Of a stretch of 64,000 nucleotides of DNA, positions 27,161 through 43,682 are shown piece after piece. A program made the position numbers and the translations under genes. Origin of the DNA: the human T2T-CHM13v2.0 reference genome, Homo sapiens. Positions within the stretch are counted from its first letter, which is position 1, and every line of letters begins with the position of its first letter. Where the stretch lies: assembly GCF_009914755.1 (NCBI RefSeq), contig NC_060939.1; one strand, given 5' to 3'. The notes beneath the pieces were generated by a model. That model did no database searches, was not told the DNA's origin, and saw only the letters and a list, made by a program, of their open reading frames with translations.

Positions 27161-30100
27161 CATTCCATTCGAATCAATTACATAGCAATCCATTACATTC
27201 GAGTCTGTTCTATTCCGTTGCACTCGATTTCGTTCCAATCCATTCGATTCCATTCCATTCGATTCCATTCCATAATATTGCATTCCATTCGATTAAATTA
27301 TATTCGAATAAGTTCCATTCAAGACCATTTCTTTTGAGTCCATTCTATTTGAGTCCATTCCCTTTGATTCCATAACATTTGAGTCCATTCAATTCCATTC
27401 CTTTCGTTTCCATTCCATTTGATGCCATTCCATTCAATTCTGTTCTACTCGACTCCAATACATTCAATTCCATTCCATCCGATTCCATTACATTCTTTTC
27501 ATTTCTTATCCATTTCAAGCCATTCCATTCCATTCCATTCCACTCGTTTCCTTTCCATTCGAGTCCATTCCTCTCCAGTCCATTCCGTTCAATCCATTCC
27601 ATTCCAGTCCATTCCATTCCAGTCCGTTCCATTCCAGTCCATTCCATTCGAGTCAATTCCATTACATTCGATGTCTTTCCATAACGATCCATTCCATTCT
27701 ATTCCTTTCGATTCCATTCCGTTCTATTTGATTCCATTCGATTCCCTTCCATTGGACTCCTTTCCATTCGAGTGCATTCCATTCCGTTCCATTTCTTTCC
27801 GTTCTGAACGATTCCTACCGTTCGATTTCATTTTGTTCCAGTCCATTCCTTTCGCGTCCATTCCATTCCATTTCACTCCATTCGATTCCATTCCATTCGA
27901 TTCCATTCCACTCGATTCCACTTCGTTCCTTTTCATTGCATTCCATTCTATTCAACTCTATTGCCTTCCATTCCATTCCATTCGATTACATTCCATGCGA
28001 TTCCATTCGAAATCGAATCAATTACATTGCAATCCATTACTATTGAGTCCGTTTTATTCCAGTCCACTGCATTCTGGTCCATTCCATTTGATTCCATTCC
28101 ATTCTATTCCATTCCATAGAGTTGCATTCCATTGGATTCCATTCTATATCTATAAATTCAATTCGAGACCATTGTTTTTGAGTCCATTCTATATGATTCC
28201 ATTCCATTCAAGTCCATTACATTTGGTTCAATTCCATTCCATTCCATTCCCTTCCATTCCATTCCATTTGATATCAATCCATTCGATTCCATTCCATTCG
28301 AGCACATTCCATTCGAGTCCATTCCATTCGATGCCATTCCATTTGATTCTATTCCATTAGTCTCCATTCAATTCCATTAATCTCCATTCCATTCCATTCT
28401 ACTCCAACTGATTCCATTCCATTCTATTCCTTTCCATTCCATTTCATTCCATTCCATGCCATTCCATTCCATTCCATTCCATTCCATTCGTGTCCATTCC
28501 ACTCCAGTCCATTCCATTCGTGTCCATTCCATTCCAGTCCATTCCATTTGTGTCCACTGCATTCCATTCCACTCCATTCCATATTATTCCATTACACTCC
28601 ATTCCATTCTATTACTTTCATTTCCATTCAATTCCATTCCATTTGATTCCATTCCACTCGGTGTCATTCCATTTGAGTCCATTCCATTCCATTCCATTCC
28701 ATTCCATTCCATTCCATTCCATTCCTTTCCATTCAGTTCCATTCCATTCTGTTCCATTTCATTCCATTCCATTCCATTCCATTCGGTAGCATTCCATATT
28801 GTTCCATTCGATTCCATTCGAATCCATTCCATTCCAGTCCATTCCATTCGATTCCATTCCATTCCTTTCAATACAATTCCATTCCACTTAATTCCACTCC
28901 ATTCCCTTCCACTGCATTCCATTCGAATCCATTCAATTGCATTCCATTCCATTCCATTGGATTGCATTCCATTCGATTCCATTCCATTCGAATCAATTAC
29001 ATAGCAATCCATTACATTCGAGTCTATTCTATTCCGTTCCATTCGATTTCTTTCCAATGCATTCGATTACATTCCATTCGATTCCTTTCCATACTATTGC
29101 ATTCCATTCGATTAAATTATATTCGAATAAGTTCCATTCAAGACCATTTCTTTTGAGTCCATTCTATTTGAGTCCATTCCCTTTGATTCCATAACATTTG
29201 AGTCCATTCAATTCCATTCCTTTCGTTTCCATTCCATTTGATGCCATTGCATTCAGTTCTGTTCTACTCGACTCCAATACATTCAATTCCATTCTATCCG
29301 ATTCCAATACATTCTTTTCATTTCGTATCCATTTCCAGCCATTCCATTCCATTCCATTCCACTCGTTTCCTTTCCATTCGAGTCCATTCCTCTCCAGTCC
29401 ATTCCGTTCAATCCATTCCATTCCAGTCCATTCCATTCGAGTCTGTTCCATTCCAGTCCATTCCATTCGAGTCAATTCCATTCCATTCGATGTCTTTCCG
29501 TAACGATCCATTCCATTCTATTCCTTTCGATTCCATTCCATTCTATTTCATTCCATTCGATTCCCTTCCATTGGACTCCTTTCCATTCGAGTGCATTCCA
29601 TTCCGTTCCATTTCTTTCCGTTCTGTACGATTCCTACCGTTCGATTTCATTTTGTTCCAGTCCATTCCTTTCGCGTCCATTCCATTCCATTTCACTCCAT
29701 TCGATTCCATTCCATTCGATTCCATTCCACTCGATTCCACTTCGTTCCATTTCATTGCATTCCATTCTATTCAACTCTATTGCCTTCCATTCCATTCCAT
29801 TCGATTACATTCCATGCGATTCCATTCGAAATCGAATCAATTAGATTGCAATCCATTACTATTGAGTCCGTTTTATTCCAGTCCACTGCATTCTGGTCCA
29901 TTCCATTTGATTCCATTCCATTCTATTCCATTCCATACAGTTGCATTCCATTGGATTCCATTCTATATCTATAAATTCAATTCGAGACCATTGCTTTTGA
30001 GTCCATTCTATATGATTCCATTCCATTCAAGTCCATTACATTTGGTTCAATTCCATTCCATTCCATTCCCTTCCATTCCATTCCATTTGATATCAATCCA

Positions 30101-33100
30101 TTCGATTCCATTCCATTCGAGCACATTCCATTCGAGTCCATTCCATTCGATGCCATTCCATTTGATTCTATTCCATTAGTCTCCATTCAATTCCATTAAT
30201 CTCAATTCCATTCCATTCTACTCCAACTGATTTCATTCCATTCTATTCCTTTCCATTCCATTTCATTCCATTCCATTCCATTCGCTTCCATTCCATTCGT
30301 GTCCATTCCACTCCAGTCCATTCCATTCATGTCCATTCCATTCCAGTCCTTTCCATTTGTGTCCAATGCATTCCATTCCACTCCATTCCATATTATTCCA
30401 TTACACTCCATTCCATTCTATTACTTTCATTTCCATTCAGTTCCATTCCATTTGATTCCATTCCACTCGGTTTCATTCCATTTGAGTCCACTCCATTCCA
30501 TTCCATTCCATTCCATTCCATTTAGTTCCATTCCATTCTGTTCCAATCCATTCCATTCCATTGCATTCCATTCCATTCGGTAACTTTCCATATTGTTCCA
30601 CTCGATTCCATTCGAATCCATTCCATTCCAGTCCATTCCATTCGATTCCATTCCATTCCTTTACATTCCATTCCATTCCATTCCATTCCACTTGATTCCA
30701 CTCCATTCCCTTCCACTGCATTCCATTCGATTCCATTCCATTCGAATCAATTACATAGCAATCCATTACATTCGAGTCTATTCTATTCCGTTCCATTCGA
30801 TTTCGTTCCAATCCATTCGATTCCATTCCATTCGATTCCATTCCATACTATTGCATTCCATTCGATTACATTATATTCGAATAAGTTCCATTCAAGACCA
30901 TTTCTTTTGAGTCCATTCTATTTGAGTCCATTCCCTTTGATTCCATAACATTTGAGTCCATTCAATTCCATTCCTTTCGTTTCCATTCCATTTGATGCCA
31001 TTCCATTCAATTCTGTTCTACTCGACTCCAATACATTCAATTCCATTCCATCCGATTCCATTACATTCTTTTCATTTCTTATCCATTTCAAGCCATTCCA
31101 CTCCATTCCATTCCACTCGTTTCCTTTCCATTCGAGTCCATTCCTCTCCAGTCCATTCCGTTCAATCCATTCCATTCCAGTCCATTCCATTCGAGTCCGT
31201 TCCATTCCAGTCCATTCCATTCGAGTCAATTCCATTCCATTCGATGTCTTTCCATAACGATCCATTCCATTCTATTCCTTTCGATTCCATTCCATTCTAT
31301 TTCATTCCATTCGATTCCCTTCCATTGGACTCCTTTCCATTCGAGTGCATTCCATTCCGTTCCATTTCTTTCCGTTCTGTACGATTCCTACCGTTCGATT
31401 TCATTTTGTTCCAGTCCATTCCTTTCGCGTCCATTCCATTCCATTTCACTCCATTCGATTCCATTCCACTCGATTCCACTTCGTTCCATTTCATTGCATT
31501 CCATTCTATTCAACTCTATTGCCTTCCATTCCATTCCATTCGATTACATTCCATGCGATTCCATTCGAAATCGAATCAATTACATTGCAATCCATTACTA
31601 TTGAGTCCGTTTTATTCCAGTCCACTGCATTCTGGTCCATTCCATTTGATTCCATTCCATTCTATTCCATTCCATACAGTTGCATTCCATTGGATTCCAT
31701 GCTATATCTATAAATTCAATTCGAGACCATTGCTTTTGAGTCCATTTTATATGATTCCATTCCATTCAAGTCCATTACATTTGGTTCAATTCCATTCCAT
31801 TCCATTCCCTTCCATTCCATTCCATTTGATATCAATCCATTCGATTCCATTCCATTCGAGCACATTCCATTCGAGTCCATTCCATTCGATGCCATTCCAT
31901 TTGATTCTATTCCATTAGTCTCCATTCAATTCCATTAATCTCCATTCCATTCCATTCTACTCCAACTGATTCCATTCCATTCTATTCCTTTCCATTCCAT
32001 TTCATTCCATTCCATTCCATTTCATTCCATTCCATTCCATTCGTGTCCATTCCACTCCAGTCCATTCCATTCGTGTCCATTCCATTCCAGTCCATTCCAT
32101 TTGTGTCCACTGCATTCCATTCCACTCCATTCCATATTATTCCATTACACTCCATTCCATTCTATTACTTTCATTTCCATTCAATTCCATTCCATTTGAT
32201 TCCATTCCACTCGGTTTCATTCCATTTGAGTCCATTCCATTCCATTCCATTCCATTCCATTCAGTTCCATTCCATTCTGTTCCATTCCATTCCGTTCCAT
32301 TACATTCCATTCCATTCGGTACCATTCCATATTGTTCCATTCGATTCCATTGGAATCCATTCCATTCCAGTCCATTCCATTCGATTCCATTCCATTCATT
32401 TCAATTCCATTCCATTCCATTCCATTCCATTCCACTTGATTCCTCTCCATTCCCTTCCACTGCATTCCGTTCGATTCCATTCCATTGCATTGCATTCCAT
32501 TCCATTGGATTGCATTCCATTCGATTCCATTCCATTCGAATCAATTACATAGCAATCCATTACATTCGAGTCTATTCTATTCCGTTCCATTCGATTTCGT
32601 TCCAATCCATTCGATTCCATTCCATTCGATTCCATTCCATACTATTACATTCCATTCGATAACATTATATTCGAATAAGTTCCATTCAAGACCATTTCTT
32701 TTGAGTCCATTCTATTTGAGTCCATTCCCTTTGATTCCATAACATTTGAGTCCATTCAATTCCATTCCTTTCGTTTCCATTCCATTTGATGCCATTCCAT
32801 TCAATTCTGTTCTACTCGACTCCAATACATTCAATTCCATTCCATCCGATTCCATTACATTCTTTTCATTTCTTATCCATTTCAAGCCATTCCACTCCAT
32901 TCCATTCCACTCGTTTCCTTTCCATTCGAGTCCATTCCTCTCCAGTCCATTCCGTTCAATCCATTCCATTCCAGTCCATTCCATTCGAGTCCGTTCCATT
33001 CCAGTCCATTCGATTCGAGTCAATTCCAACCCATTCGATGTCTTTCCACAACGATCCATTCCATTCTATTCCTTTCGATTCCATTCCATTCTATTTCATT

Positions 33101-36100
33101 CCATTCGATTCCCTTCCATTGGACTCCTTTCCATTCGAGTGCATTCCATTCCGTTCCATTTCTTTCCGTTCTGTACGATTCCTACCGTTCGATTTCATTT
33201 TGTTCCAGTCCATTCCTTTCCCGTCCATTCCATTCCATTTCACTCCATTCGATTCCATTCCACTCGATTCCACTTCGTTCCATTTCATTGCATTCCATTC
33301 TATTCAACTCTATTGCCTTCCATTCCATTCCATTCGATTACATTCCATGCGATTCCATTCGAAATCGAATCAGTTACATTGCAATCCATTATTATTGAGT
33401 CCATTTTATTCCAGTCCACTGCATTCTGGTCCATTCCATTTGATTCCATTCCATTCTATTCCATTCCATACAGTTGCAATCCATTCAACTCCATTGTATA
33501 TCTATAAATTCAATTCGAGACCATTGCTTTTGAGTCCATTCTATATGATTCCATTCCATTCAAGTCCATTACATTTGGTTCAATTCCATTATATTCCATT
33601 CCCTTCCATTCCATTCCAGTTGATATCAATCCATTCGATTCCATTCCATTCGAGCACATTCCATTCGAGTCCATTCCATTCGATGCCATTCCATTTGATT
33701 CTATTCCATTAGTCTCCATTCAATTCCATTAATCTCCATTCCATTCCATTCTACTCCAACTGATTCCATTCCATTCTATTCCTTTCCATTCCGTTTCATT
33801 CCATTCCATTCCATTTCATTCCATTCCATTCCATTCCATTCCATTCGCTTCCATTCCATTCGTGTCCATTGCATTCCAGTCCATTCCATTTGTGTCCACT
33901 GCATTCCATTCCTCTCCATTCCATATTATTCCATTACACTCCATTCCATTCTATTACTTTCATTTCCATTCAATTCCATTCCATTTGATTCCATTCCACT
34001 CGGTTTCATTCCATTTGAGTCCACTCCATTCCATTCCATTCCATTCCATTCAGTTCCATTCCATTCTGTTCCATTCCATTCCGTTCCATTGCATTCCATT
34101 CCATTCGGTACCATTCCATATTGTTCCATTCGATTCCATTCGAATCCATTCCATTCCAGTCCATTCCATTCGATTCCATTCCATTCCTTTCAATTCCATT
34201 CCATTCCATTCCATTCCACTTGATTCCACTCCATTCCATTCCACTGCATTCCATTGCATTGCATTCCATTCCATTGGACTGCATTCCATTCGATTCCATT
34301 CCATTCGAATCAATTACATAGCAATCCATTACATTCGAGTCTATTCTATTCCGTTCCATTCGATTTCGTTCCAATCCATTCGATTCCATTCCATTCGATT
34401 CCATTCCATACTATTGCATTCCATTCAATTACATTATATTCGAATAAGTTCCATTCAAGACCATTTCTTTTGAGTCCATTCTATTTGAGTCCATTCCCTT
34501 TGATTCCATAACATTTGAGTCCATTCAATTCCATTCCTTTCGTTTCCATTCCATTTGATGCCATTCCATTCAATTCTGTTCTACCCGACTCCAATACATT
34601 CAATTCCATTCCATCCGATTCCATTACATTCTTTTCATTTCTTATCCATTTCAAGCCATTCCACTCCATTCCATTCCACTCGTTTCCTTTCCATTCGAGT
34701 CCATTCCTCTCCAGTCCATTCCGTTCAATCCATTCCATTCCAGTCCATTCCATTCGAGTCCGTTCCATTCCAGTCCATTCCATTCGAGTCAATTCCATTC
34801 CATTCGATGTCTTTCCATAACGATCCATTCCATTCTATTCCTTTCGATTCCATTCCATTCTATTTCATTCCATTCGATTCCCTTCCATTGGACTCCTTTC
34901 CATTCGACTGCATTCCATTCCGTTCCATTTCTTTCCGTTCTGTACGATTCCTACCGTTCGATTTCATTTTGTTCCAGTCCATTCTTTCACGTCCATTCCA
35001 TTCCATTTCACTCCATTCGATTCCATTCCACTCGACTCCACTTCGTTCCATTTCATTGCATTCCATTCTATTCAACTCTATTGCCTTCCATTCCATTCCA
35101 TTCGATTACATTCCATGCGATTCCATTCGAAATCGAATCAATTACATTGCAATCCATTACTATTGAGTCCGTTTTATTCCAGTCCACTGCATTCTGGTCC
35201 ATTCCATTTGATTCCATTCCATTCTATTCCATTCCATAGAGATGCATTCCATTGGATTCTATGCTATATCTATAAACTCAATTCGAGACCATTGCTTTTG
35301 AGTCCATTCCATATGATTCCATTCCATTCAAGTCCATTACATTTGGTTAAATTCCATTCCATTCGGTTCAATTCCATTCCATTCCATTCCCTTCCATTCC
35401 ATTCCAGTTGATATCAGTCCATTCGATTCCATTCCATTCGAGCACATTCCATTCGAGTCCATTCCATTCGATGCCATTCCATTTGATTCTATTCCATTAG
35501 TCTCCATTCAATTCCATTAATCTCCATTCCATTCCATTCTACTCCAAATGATTCCATTCCATTCTATTCCTTTCCATTCCATTTCATTCCATTCCATTCC
35601 ATTCCATTCCATTCCATTCCATTCCATTCCATTCGTGTCCATTCCACTCCAGTCCATTCCATTCGTATCCATTCCATTCCAGTCCATTCCATTTGTGTCC
35701 ACTGCATTCCATTCCACTCCATTCCATATTATTCCATTACACTCCATTCCATTCTATTACTTTCATTTCCATTCAATTCCATTCCATTTGATTCCATTCC
35801 ACTCGGTTTCATTCCATTTGAGTCCACTCCATTCCATTCCATTCCATTCAGTTCCATTCCATTCTGTTCCATTCCATTCCGTTCCATTAAATTCCATTCC
35901 ATTCGGTACCATTCCATATTGTTCCATTCGATTCCATTCGAATCCATTCCATTCCAGTCCATTCCATTCGATTCCATTCCATTCATTTCAATTCCATTCC
36001 ATTCCATTCCATTACATTCCACTTGATTCCTCTCCATTCCCTTCCACTGCATTCCGTTCGATTCCATTCCATTGCATTGCATTCCATTCCATTGGATTGC

Positions 36101-39100
36101 ATTCCATTCGATTCCATTCCATTCGAATCAATTACATAGCAATCCATTACATTCGAGTCTATTCTCTTCCGTTCCATTCGATTTCGTTCCAATCCATTCG
36201 ATTCCATTCCATTCGATTCCATTCCATACTATTGCATTCCATTCGATTACATTATATTTGAATAAGTTCCATTCAAGACCATTTCTTTTGAGTCCATTCT
36301 ATTTGAGTCCATTCCCTTTGATTCCATAACATTTGAGTCCATTCAATTCCATTCCTTTCGTTTCCATTCCATTTGATGCCATTCCATTCAATTCTGTTCT
36401 ACTCGACTCCAATACATTCAATTCCATTCCATCCGATTCCATTACATTCTTTTCATTTCTTATCCATTTCAAGCCATTCCACTCCATTCCATTCCACTCG
36501 TTTCCTTTCCATTCGAGTCCATTCCTCTCCAGTCCATTCCGTTCAATCCATTCCATTCCAGTCCATTCCATTCGAGTCCGTTCCATTCCAGTCCACTCCA
36601 TTCGAGTCAATTCCATTCCATTCGATGTCTTTCCATAACGATCCATTCCATTCTATTCCTTTCGATTCCATTCCATTCTATTTCATTCCATTCGATTCCC
36701 TTCCATTGGACTCCTTTCCATTCGAGTGCATTCCATTCCGTTCCATTTCTTTCCGTTCTGTACGATTCCTACCGTTCGATTTCATTTTGTTCCAGTCCAT
36801 TCTTTCGCGTCCATTCCATTCCATTTCACTCCATTCGATTCCATTCCACTCGATTCCACTTCGTTCCATTTCATTGCATTCCATTCTATTCAACTCTATT
36901 GCCTTCCATTCCATTCCATTCGATTACATTCCATGCGATTCCATTCGAAATCGAATCAATTACATTGCAATCCATTACTACTGAGTCCGTTTTATTCCAG
37001 TCCACTGCATTCTGGTCCATTCCATTTGATTCCATTCCATTCTATTCCATTCCATAGAGTTGCATTCCATTGGATTCCATGCTATATCTATAAATTCAAT
37101 TCGAGACCATTGCTTTTGAGTCCATTCTATATGATTCCATTCCATTCAAGTCCATTACATTTGGTTAAATTCCATTCCATTCGGTTCAATTCCATTCCAT
37201 TCCATTCCCTTCCATTCCATTCCAGTTGATATCAATCCATTCGATTCCATTCCATTCGAGCACATTCCATTCGAGTCCATTCCATTCGATGCCATTCCAT
37301 TTGATTCTATTCCATTAGTCTCCATTCAATTCCATTAATCTCCATTCCATTCCATTCTACTCCAACTGATTCCATTCCATTCTATTCCTTTCCATTCCAT
37401 TTCATTCCATTCCATTCCATTCCATTCCATTCCATTCCATTCCATTCGTGTCCATTCCACTCCAGTCCATTCCATTCGTATCCATTCCATTCCAGTCCAT
37501 TCCATTTGTGTCCACTGCATTCCATTCCACTCCATTCCATATTATTCCATTACACTCCATTCCATTCTATTACATTCATTTCCATTCAATTCCATTCCAT
37601 TTGATTCCATTCCACTCGGTTTCATTCCATTTGAGTCCACTCCATTCCATTCCATTCCATTCAGTTCCATTCCATTCTGTTCCATTCCATTCCGTTCCAT
37701 TACATTCCATTCCATTCGGTACCATTCCATATTGTTCCATTCGATTCCATTCGAATCCATTGCATTCCAGTCCATTCCATTCGATTCCATTCCATTCATT
37801 TCAATTCCATTCCATTCCATTCCATTACATTCCACTTGATTCCTCTCCATTCCCTTCCACTGCATTCCATTCGATTCCATTCCATTGCATTGCATTCCAT
37901 TCCATTGGATTGCATTCCATTCGATTCCATTCCATTCGAATCAATTACATAGCAATCCATTACATTCGAGTCTATTCTATTCCGTTCCATTCGATTTCGT
38001 TCCAATCCATTCGATTCCATTCCATTCGATTCCATTTCATACTATTGCATTCCATTCGATTACATTATATTCGAATAAGTTCCATTCAAGACCATTTCTT
38101 TTGAGTCCATTCTATTTGAGTCCATTCCCTTTGATTCCATAACATTTGAGTCCATTCAATTCCATTCCTTTCGTTTCCATTCCATTTGATGCCATTCCAT
38201 TCAATTCTGTTCTACTCGACTCCAATACATTCAATTCCATTCCATCCGATTCCATTACATTCTTTTCATTTCTTATCCATTTCAAGCCATTCCACTCCAT
38301 TCCATTCCACTCGTTTCCTTTCCATTCGAGTCCATTCCTCTCCAGTCCATTCCGTTCAATCCATTCCATTCCAGTCCATTCCATTCGAGTCCGTTCCATT
38401 CCAGTCCATTCCATTCGAGTCAATTCCATTCCATTCGATGTCTTTCCATAACGATCCATTCCATTCTATTCCTTTCGATTCCATTCCATTCTATTTCATT
38501 CCATTCGATTCCCTTCCATTGGACTCCTTTCCATTCGAGTGCATTCCATTCCGTTCCATTTCTTTCCGTTCTGTACGATTCCTACCGTTCGATTTCATTT
38601 TGTTCCAGTCCATTCCTTTCGCGTCCATTCCATTCCATTTCACTCCATTCGATTCCATTCCACTCGATTCCACTTCGTTCCATTTCATTGCATTCCATTC
38701 TATTCAACTCTATTGCCTTCCATTCCATTCCATTCGATTACATTCCATGCGATTCCATTCGAAATCGAATCAATTACATTGCAATCCATTACTATTGAGT
38801 CCGTTTTATTCCAGTCCACTGCATTCTGGTCCATTCCATTTGATTCCATTCCATTCTATTCCATTCCATACAGTTGCATTCCATTGGATTCCATGCTATA
38901 TCTATAAATTCAATTCGAGACCATTGCTTTTGAGTCCATTCTATATGATTCCATTCCATTCAAGTCCATTACATTTGGTTAAATTCCATTCCATTCGGTT
39001 CAATTCCATTCCATTCCATTCCCTTCCATTCCATTCCAGTTGATATCAATCCATTCGATTCCATTCCATTCGAGCACATTCCATTCGATGCCATTCCATT

Positions 39101-42100
39101 TGATTCTATTCCATTAGTCTCCATTCAATTCCATTAATCTCCATTCCATTCCATTCTACTCCAACTGATTCCATTCCATTCTATTCCATTCCATTCCATT
39201 TCATTCCATTCCATTCCATTTCATTCTATTCCATTCCATTCGTGTCCATTCCACTGCAGTCCATTCCATTCGTGTCCATTCCATTCCAGTCCATTCGATT
39301 TGTGTCCACTGCATTCAATTCCACTCCATTCCATATTATTCCATTACACTCCATTCCATTCTATTACTTTCATTTCCATTCAATTCCATTCCATTTGATT
39401 CCATTCCACTCGGTTTCATTCCATTTGAGTCCACTCCATTCCATTCCATTCCATTCCATTCAGTTCCATTCCATTCTGTTCCATTCCATTCCGTTCCATT
39501 ACATTCCATTCCATTCGGTACCATTCCATATTGTTCCATTCGATTCCATTCGAATCCATTCCATTCCAGTCCATTCCATTCGATTCCATTCCATTCATTT
39601 AAATTCCATTCCATTCCATTCCATTACATTCCACTTGATTCCTCTCCATTCCCTTCCACTGCATTCCGTTCGATTCCATTCCATTGCATTGCATTCCATT
39701 CCATTGGATTGCATTCCATTCGATTCCATTCCATTCGAATCAATTACATAGCAATCCATTACATTCGAGTCTATTCTCTTCCGTTCCATTCGATTTCGTT
39801 CCAATCCATTCGATTCCATTCCATTCGATTCCATTCCATACTATTGCATTCCATTCGATTACATTATATTCGAATAAGTTCCATTCAAGACCATTTCTTT
39901 TGAGTCCATTCTATTTGAGTCCATTCCCTTTGATTCCATAACATTTGAGTCCATTCAATTCCATTCCTTTCGTTTCCATTCCATTTGATGCCATTCCATT
40001 CAATTCTGTTCTACTCGACTCCAATACATTCAATTCCATTCCATCCGATTCCATTACATTCTTTTCATTTCTTATCCATTTCAAGCCATTCCACTCCATT
40101 CCATTCCACTCGTTTCCTTTCCATTCGAGTCCATTCCTCTCCAGTCCATTCCGTTCAATCCATTCCATTCCAGTCCATTCCATTCGAGTCCGTTCCATTC
40201 CAGTCCATTCCATTCGAGTCAATTCCATTCCATTCGATGTCTTTCCATAACGATCCATTCCATTCTATTCCTTTCGATTCCATTCCATTCTATTTCATTC
40301 CATTCGATTCCCTTCCATTGGACTCCTTTCCATTCGAGTGCATTCCATTCCGTTCCATTTCTTTCCGTTCTGTACGATTCCTACCGTTCGATTTCATTTT
40401 GTTCCAGTCCATTCCTTTCGCGTCCATTCCATTCCATTTCACTCCATTCGATTCCATTCCACTCGATTCCACTTCGTTCCATTTCATTGCATTCCATTCC
40501 ATTCAACTCTATTGCCTTCCATTCCATTCCATTCGATTACATTCCATGCGATTCCATTCGAAATCGAATCAATTACATTGCAAACCATTACTATTGAGTC
40601 CGTTTTATTCCAGTCCACTGCATTCTGGTCCATTCCATTTGATTCCATTCCATTCTATTCCATTCCATACAGTTGCATTCCATTGGATTCCATGCTATAT
40701 CTATAAATTCAATTCGAGACCATTGCTTTTGAGTCCATTCTATATGATTCCATTCCATTCAAGTCCATTACATTTGGTTCAATTCAATTCCATTCCATTC
40801 CCTTTCATTCCATTCCATTTGATATCAATCCATTCGATTCCATTCCATTCGAGCACATTCCATTCGAGTCCATTCCATTCGATGCCATTCCATTTGATTC
40901 TATTCCATTAGTCTCCATTCAATTCCATTAATCTCCATTCCATTCCATTCTACTCCAACTGATTCCATTCCATTCTATTCCTTTCCATTCCATTTCATTC
41001 CATTGCATTCCATTTCATTCCATTCCATTCCATTCGTGTCCATTCCACTCCAGTCCATTCCATTCGTGTCCATTCCATTCCAGTCCATTCCATTTGTGTC
41101 CACTGCATTCCATTCCACTCCATTCCATATTATTCCATTACACTCCATTCCATTCTATTACTTTCATTTCCATTCAATTCCATTCCATTTCATTCCATTC
41201 CACTCGGTTTCATTCCATTTGAGTCCACTCCATTCCATTCCATTCCATTCCATTCAGTTCCATTCCATTCTGTTCCATTCCATTCCGTTCCATTCCATTC
41301 CATTCCATTCGGTACCATTCCATACTGTTCCATTCGATTCCATTCGAATCCATTCCATTCCAGTCCATTCCATTCGATTCCATTCCATTCATTTCAATTC
41401 CATTCCATTCCATTCCATTACATTCCACTTGATTCCTCTCCATTCCCTTCCACTGCATTCCGTTCGATTCCATTCCATTGCATTGCATTCCATTCCATTG
41501 GATTGCATTCCATTCGATTCCATTCCATTCGAATCAATTATATAGCAATCCATTACATTCGAGTCTATTCTATTCCGTTCCATTCGATTTCGTTCCAATC
41601 CATTCGATTCCATTCCATTCGATTCCATTCCATACTATTGCATTCCATTCGATTACATTATATTCGAATAAGTTCCATTCAAGACCATTTCTTTTGAGTC
41701 CATTCTATTTGAGTCCATTCCCTTTGATTCCATAACATTTGAGTCCATTCAATTCCATTCCTTTCGTTTCCATTCCATTTGATGCCATTCCATTCAATTC
41801 TGTTCTACTCGACTCCAATACATTCAATTCCATTCCATCCGATTCCATTACATTCTTTTCATTTCTTATCCATTTCAAGCCATTCCACTCCATTCCATTC
41901 CACTCGTTTCCTTTCCATTCGAGTCCATTCCTCTCCAGTCCATTCCGTTCAATCCATTCCATTCCAGTCCATTCCATTCGAGTCCGTTCCATTCCAGTCC
42001 ATTCCATTCAAGTCAATTCCATCCCATTCGATGTCTTTCCATAACGATCCATTCCATTCTATTCCTTTCGATTCCATTCCATTCTATTTCATTCCATTCG

Positions 42101-43682
42101 ATTCCCTTCCATTGGACTACTTTCCATTCGAGTGCATTCCATTCCGTTCCATTTCTTTCCGTTCTGTACGATTCCTACCGTTCGATTTCATTTTGTTCCA
42201 GTCCATTCCTTTCGCGTCCATTCCATTCCATTTCACTCCATTCGATTCCATTCCACTCGATTCCACTTCGTTCCATTTCATTGCATTCCATTCTATTCAA
42301 CTCTATTGCCTTCCATTCCATTCCATTCGATTACATTCCATGCGATTCCATTCGAAATCGAATCAATTACATTGCAATCCATTACTATTGAGTCCATTTT
42401 ATTCCAGTCCACTGCATTCTGGTCCATTCCATTTGATTCCATTCCATTCTATTCCATTCCATACAGTTGCATTCCATTGAACTCCATTCTATATCTATAA
42501 ATTCAATTCGAGACCATTGCTTTTGAGTCCATTCTATATGATTCCATTCCATTCAAGTCCATTACATTTGGTTCAATTCCATTCCATTCCATTCCCTTCC
42601 ATTCCATTCCAGTTGATATCAATCCATTCGATTCCATTCCATTCGAGCACATTCCATTCGAGTCCATTCCATTCGATGCCATTCCATTTAATTCTATTCC
42701 ATTAGTCTCCATTCAATTCCATTAATCTCCATTCCATTCCATTCTACTCCAACTGATTCCATTCCATTCTATTCCTTTCCATTCCATTTCATTCCATTCC
42801 ATTCCATTTCATTCCATTCCATTCCATTCCATTCCATTCGCTTCCATTCCATTCGTGTCCATTGCATTCCAGTCCATTCCATTTGTGTCCACTGCATTCC
42901 ATTCCACTCCATTCCATATTATTCCATTACACTCCATTCCATTCTATTACTTTCATTTCCATTGAATTCCATTCCATTTGATTCCATTCCACTCGGTTTC
43001 ATTCCATTTGAGTCCACTCCACTCCATTCCATTCCATTCCATTCCATTCAGTTCCATTCCATTCTGTTCCATTCCATTCCGTTCCATTGCATTCCATTCC
43101 ATTCGGTACCATTCCATATTGTTCCATTCGATTCCATTCGAATCCATTCCATTCCAGTCCATTCCATTTGATTCCATTCCATTCCTTTCAATTCCATTCC
43201 ATTCCATTCCATTCCACTTGATTCCACTCCATTCCCTTCCACTGCATTCCATTGCATTGCATTCCATTCCATTGGACTGCATTCCATTCGATTCCATTCC
43301 ATTCGAATCAATTACATAGCAATCCATTACATTCGAGTCTATTCTATTCCGTTCCATTCGATTTCGTTCCAATCCATTCGATTCCATTCCATTCGATTCC
43401 ATTCCATACTATTGCATTCCATTCTATTACATTATATTCGAATAAGTTCCATTCAAGACCATTTCTTTTGAGTCCATTCTATTTGAGTCCATTCCCTTTG
43501 ATTCCATAACATTTGAGTCCATTCAATTCCATTCCTTTCGTTTCCATTCCATTTGATGCCATTCCATTCAATTCTGTTCTACTCGACTCCAATACATTCA
43601 ATTCCATTCCATCCGATTCCATTACATTCTTTTCATTTCTTATCCATTTCAAGCCATTCCACTCCATTCCATTCCACTCGTT

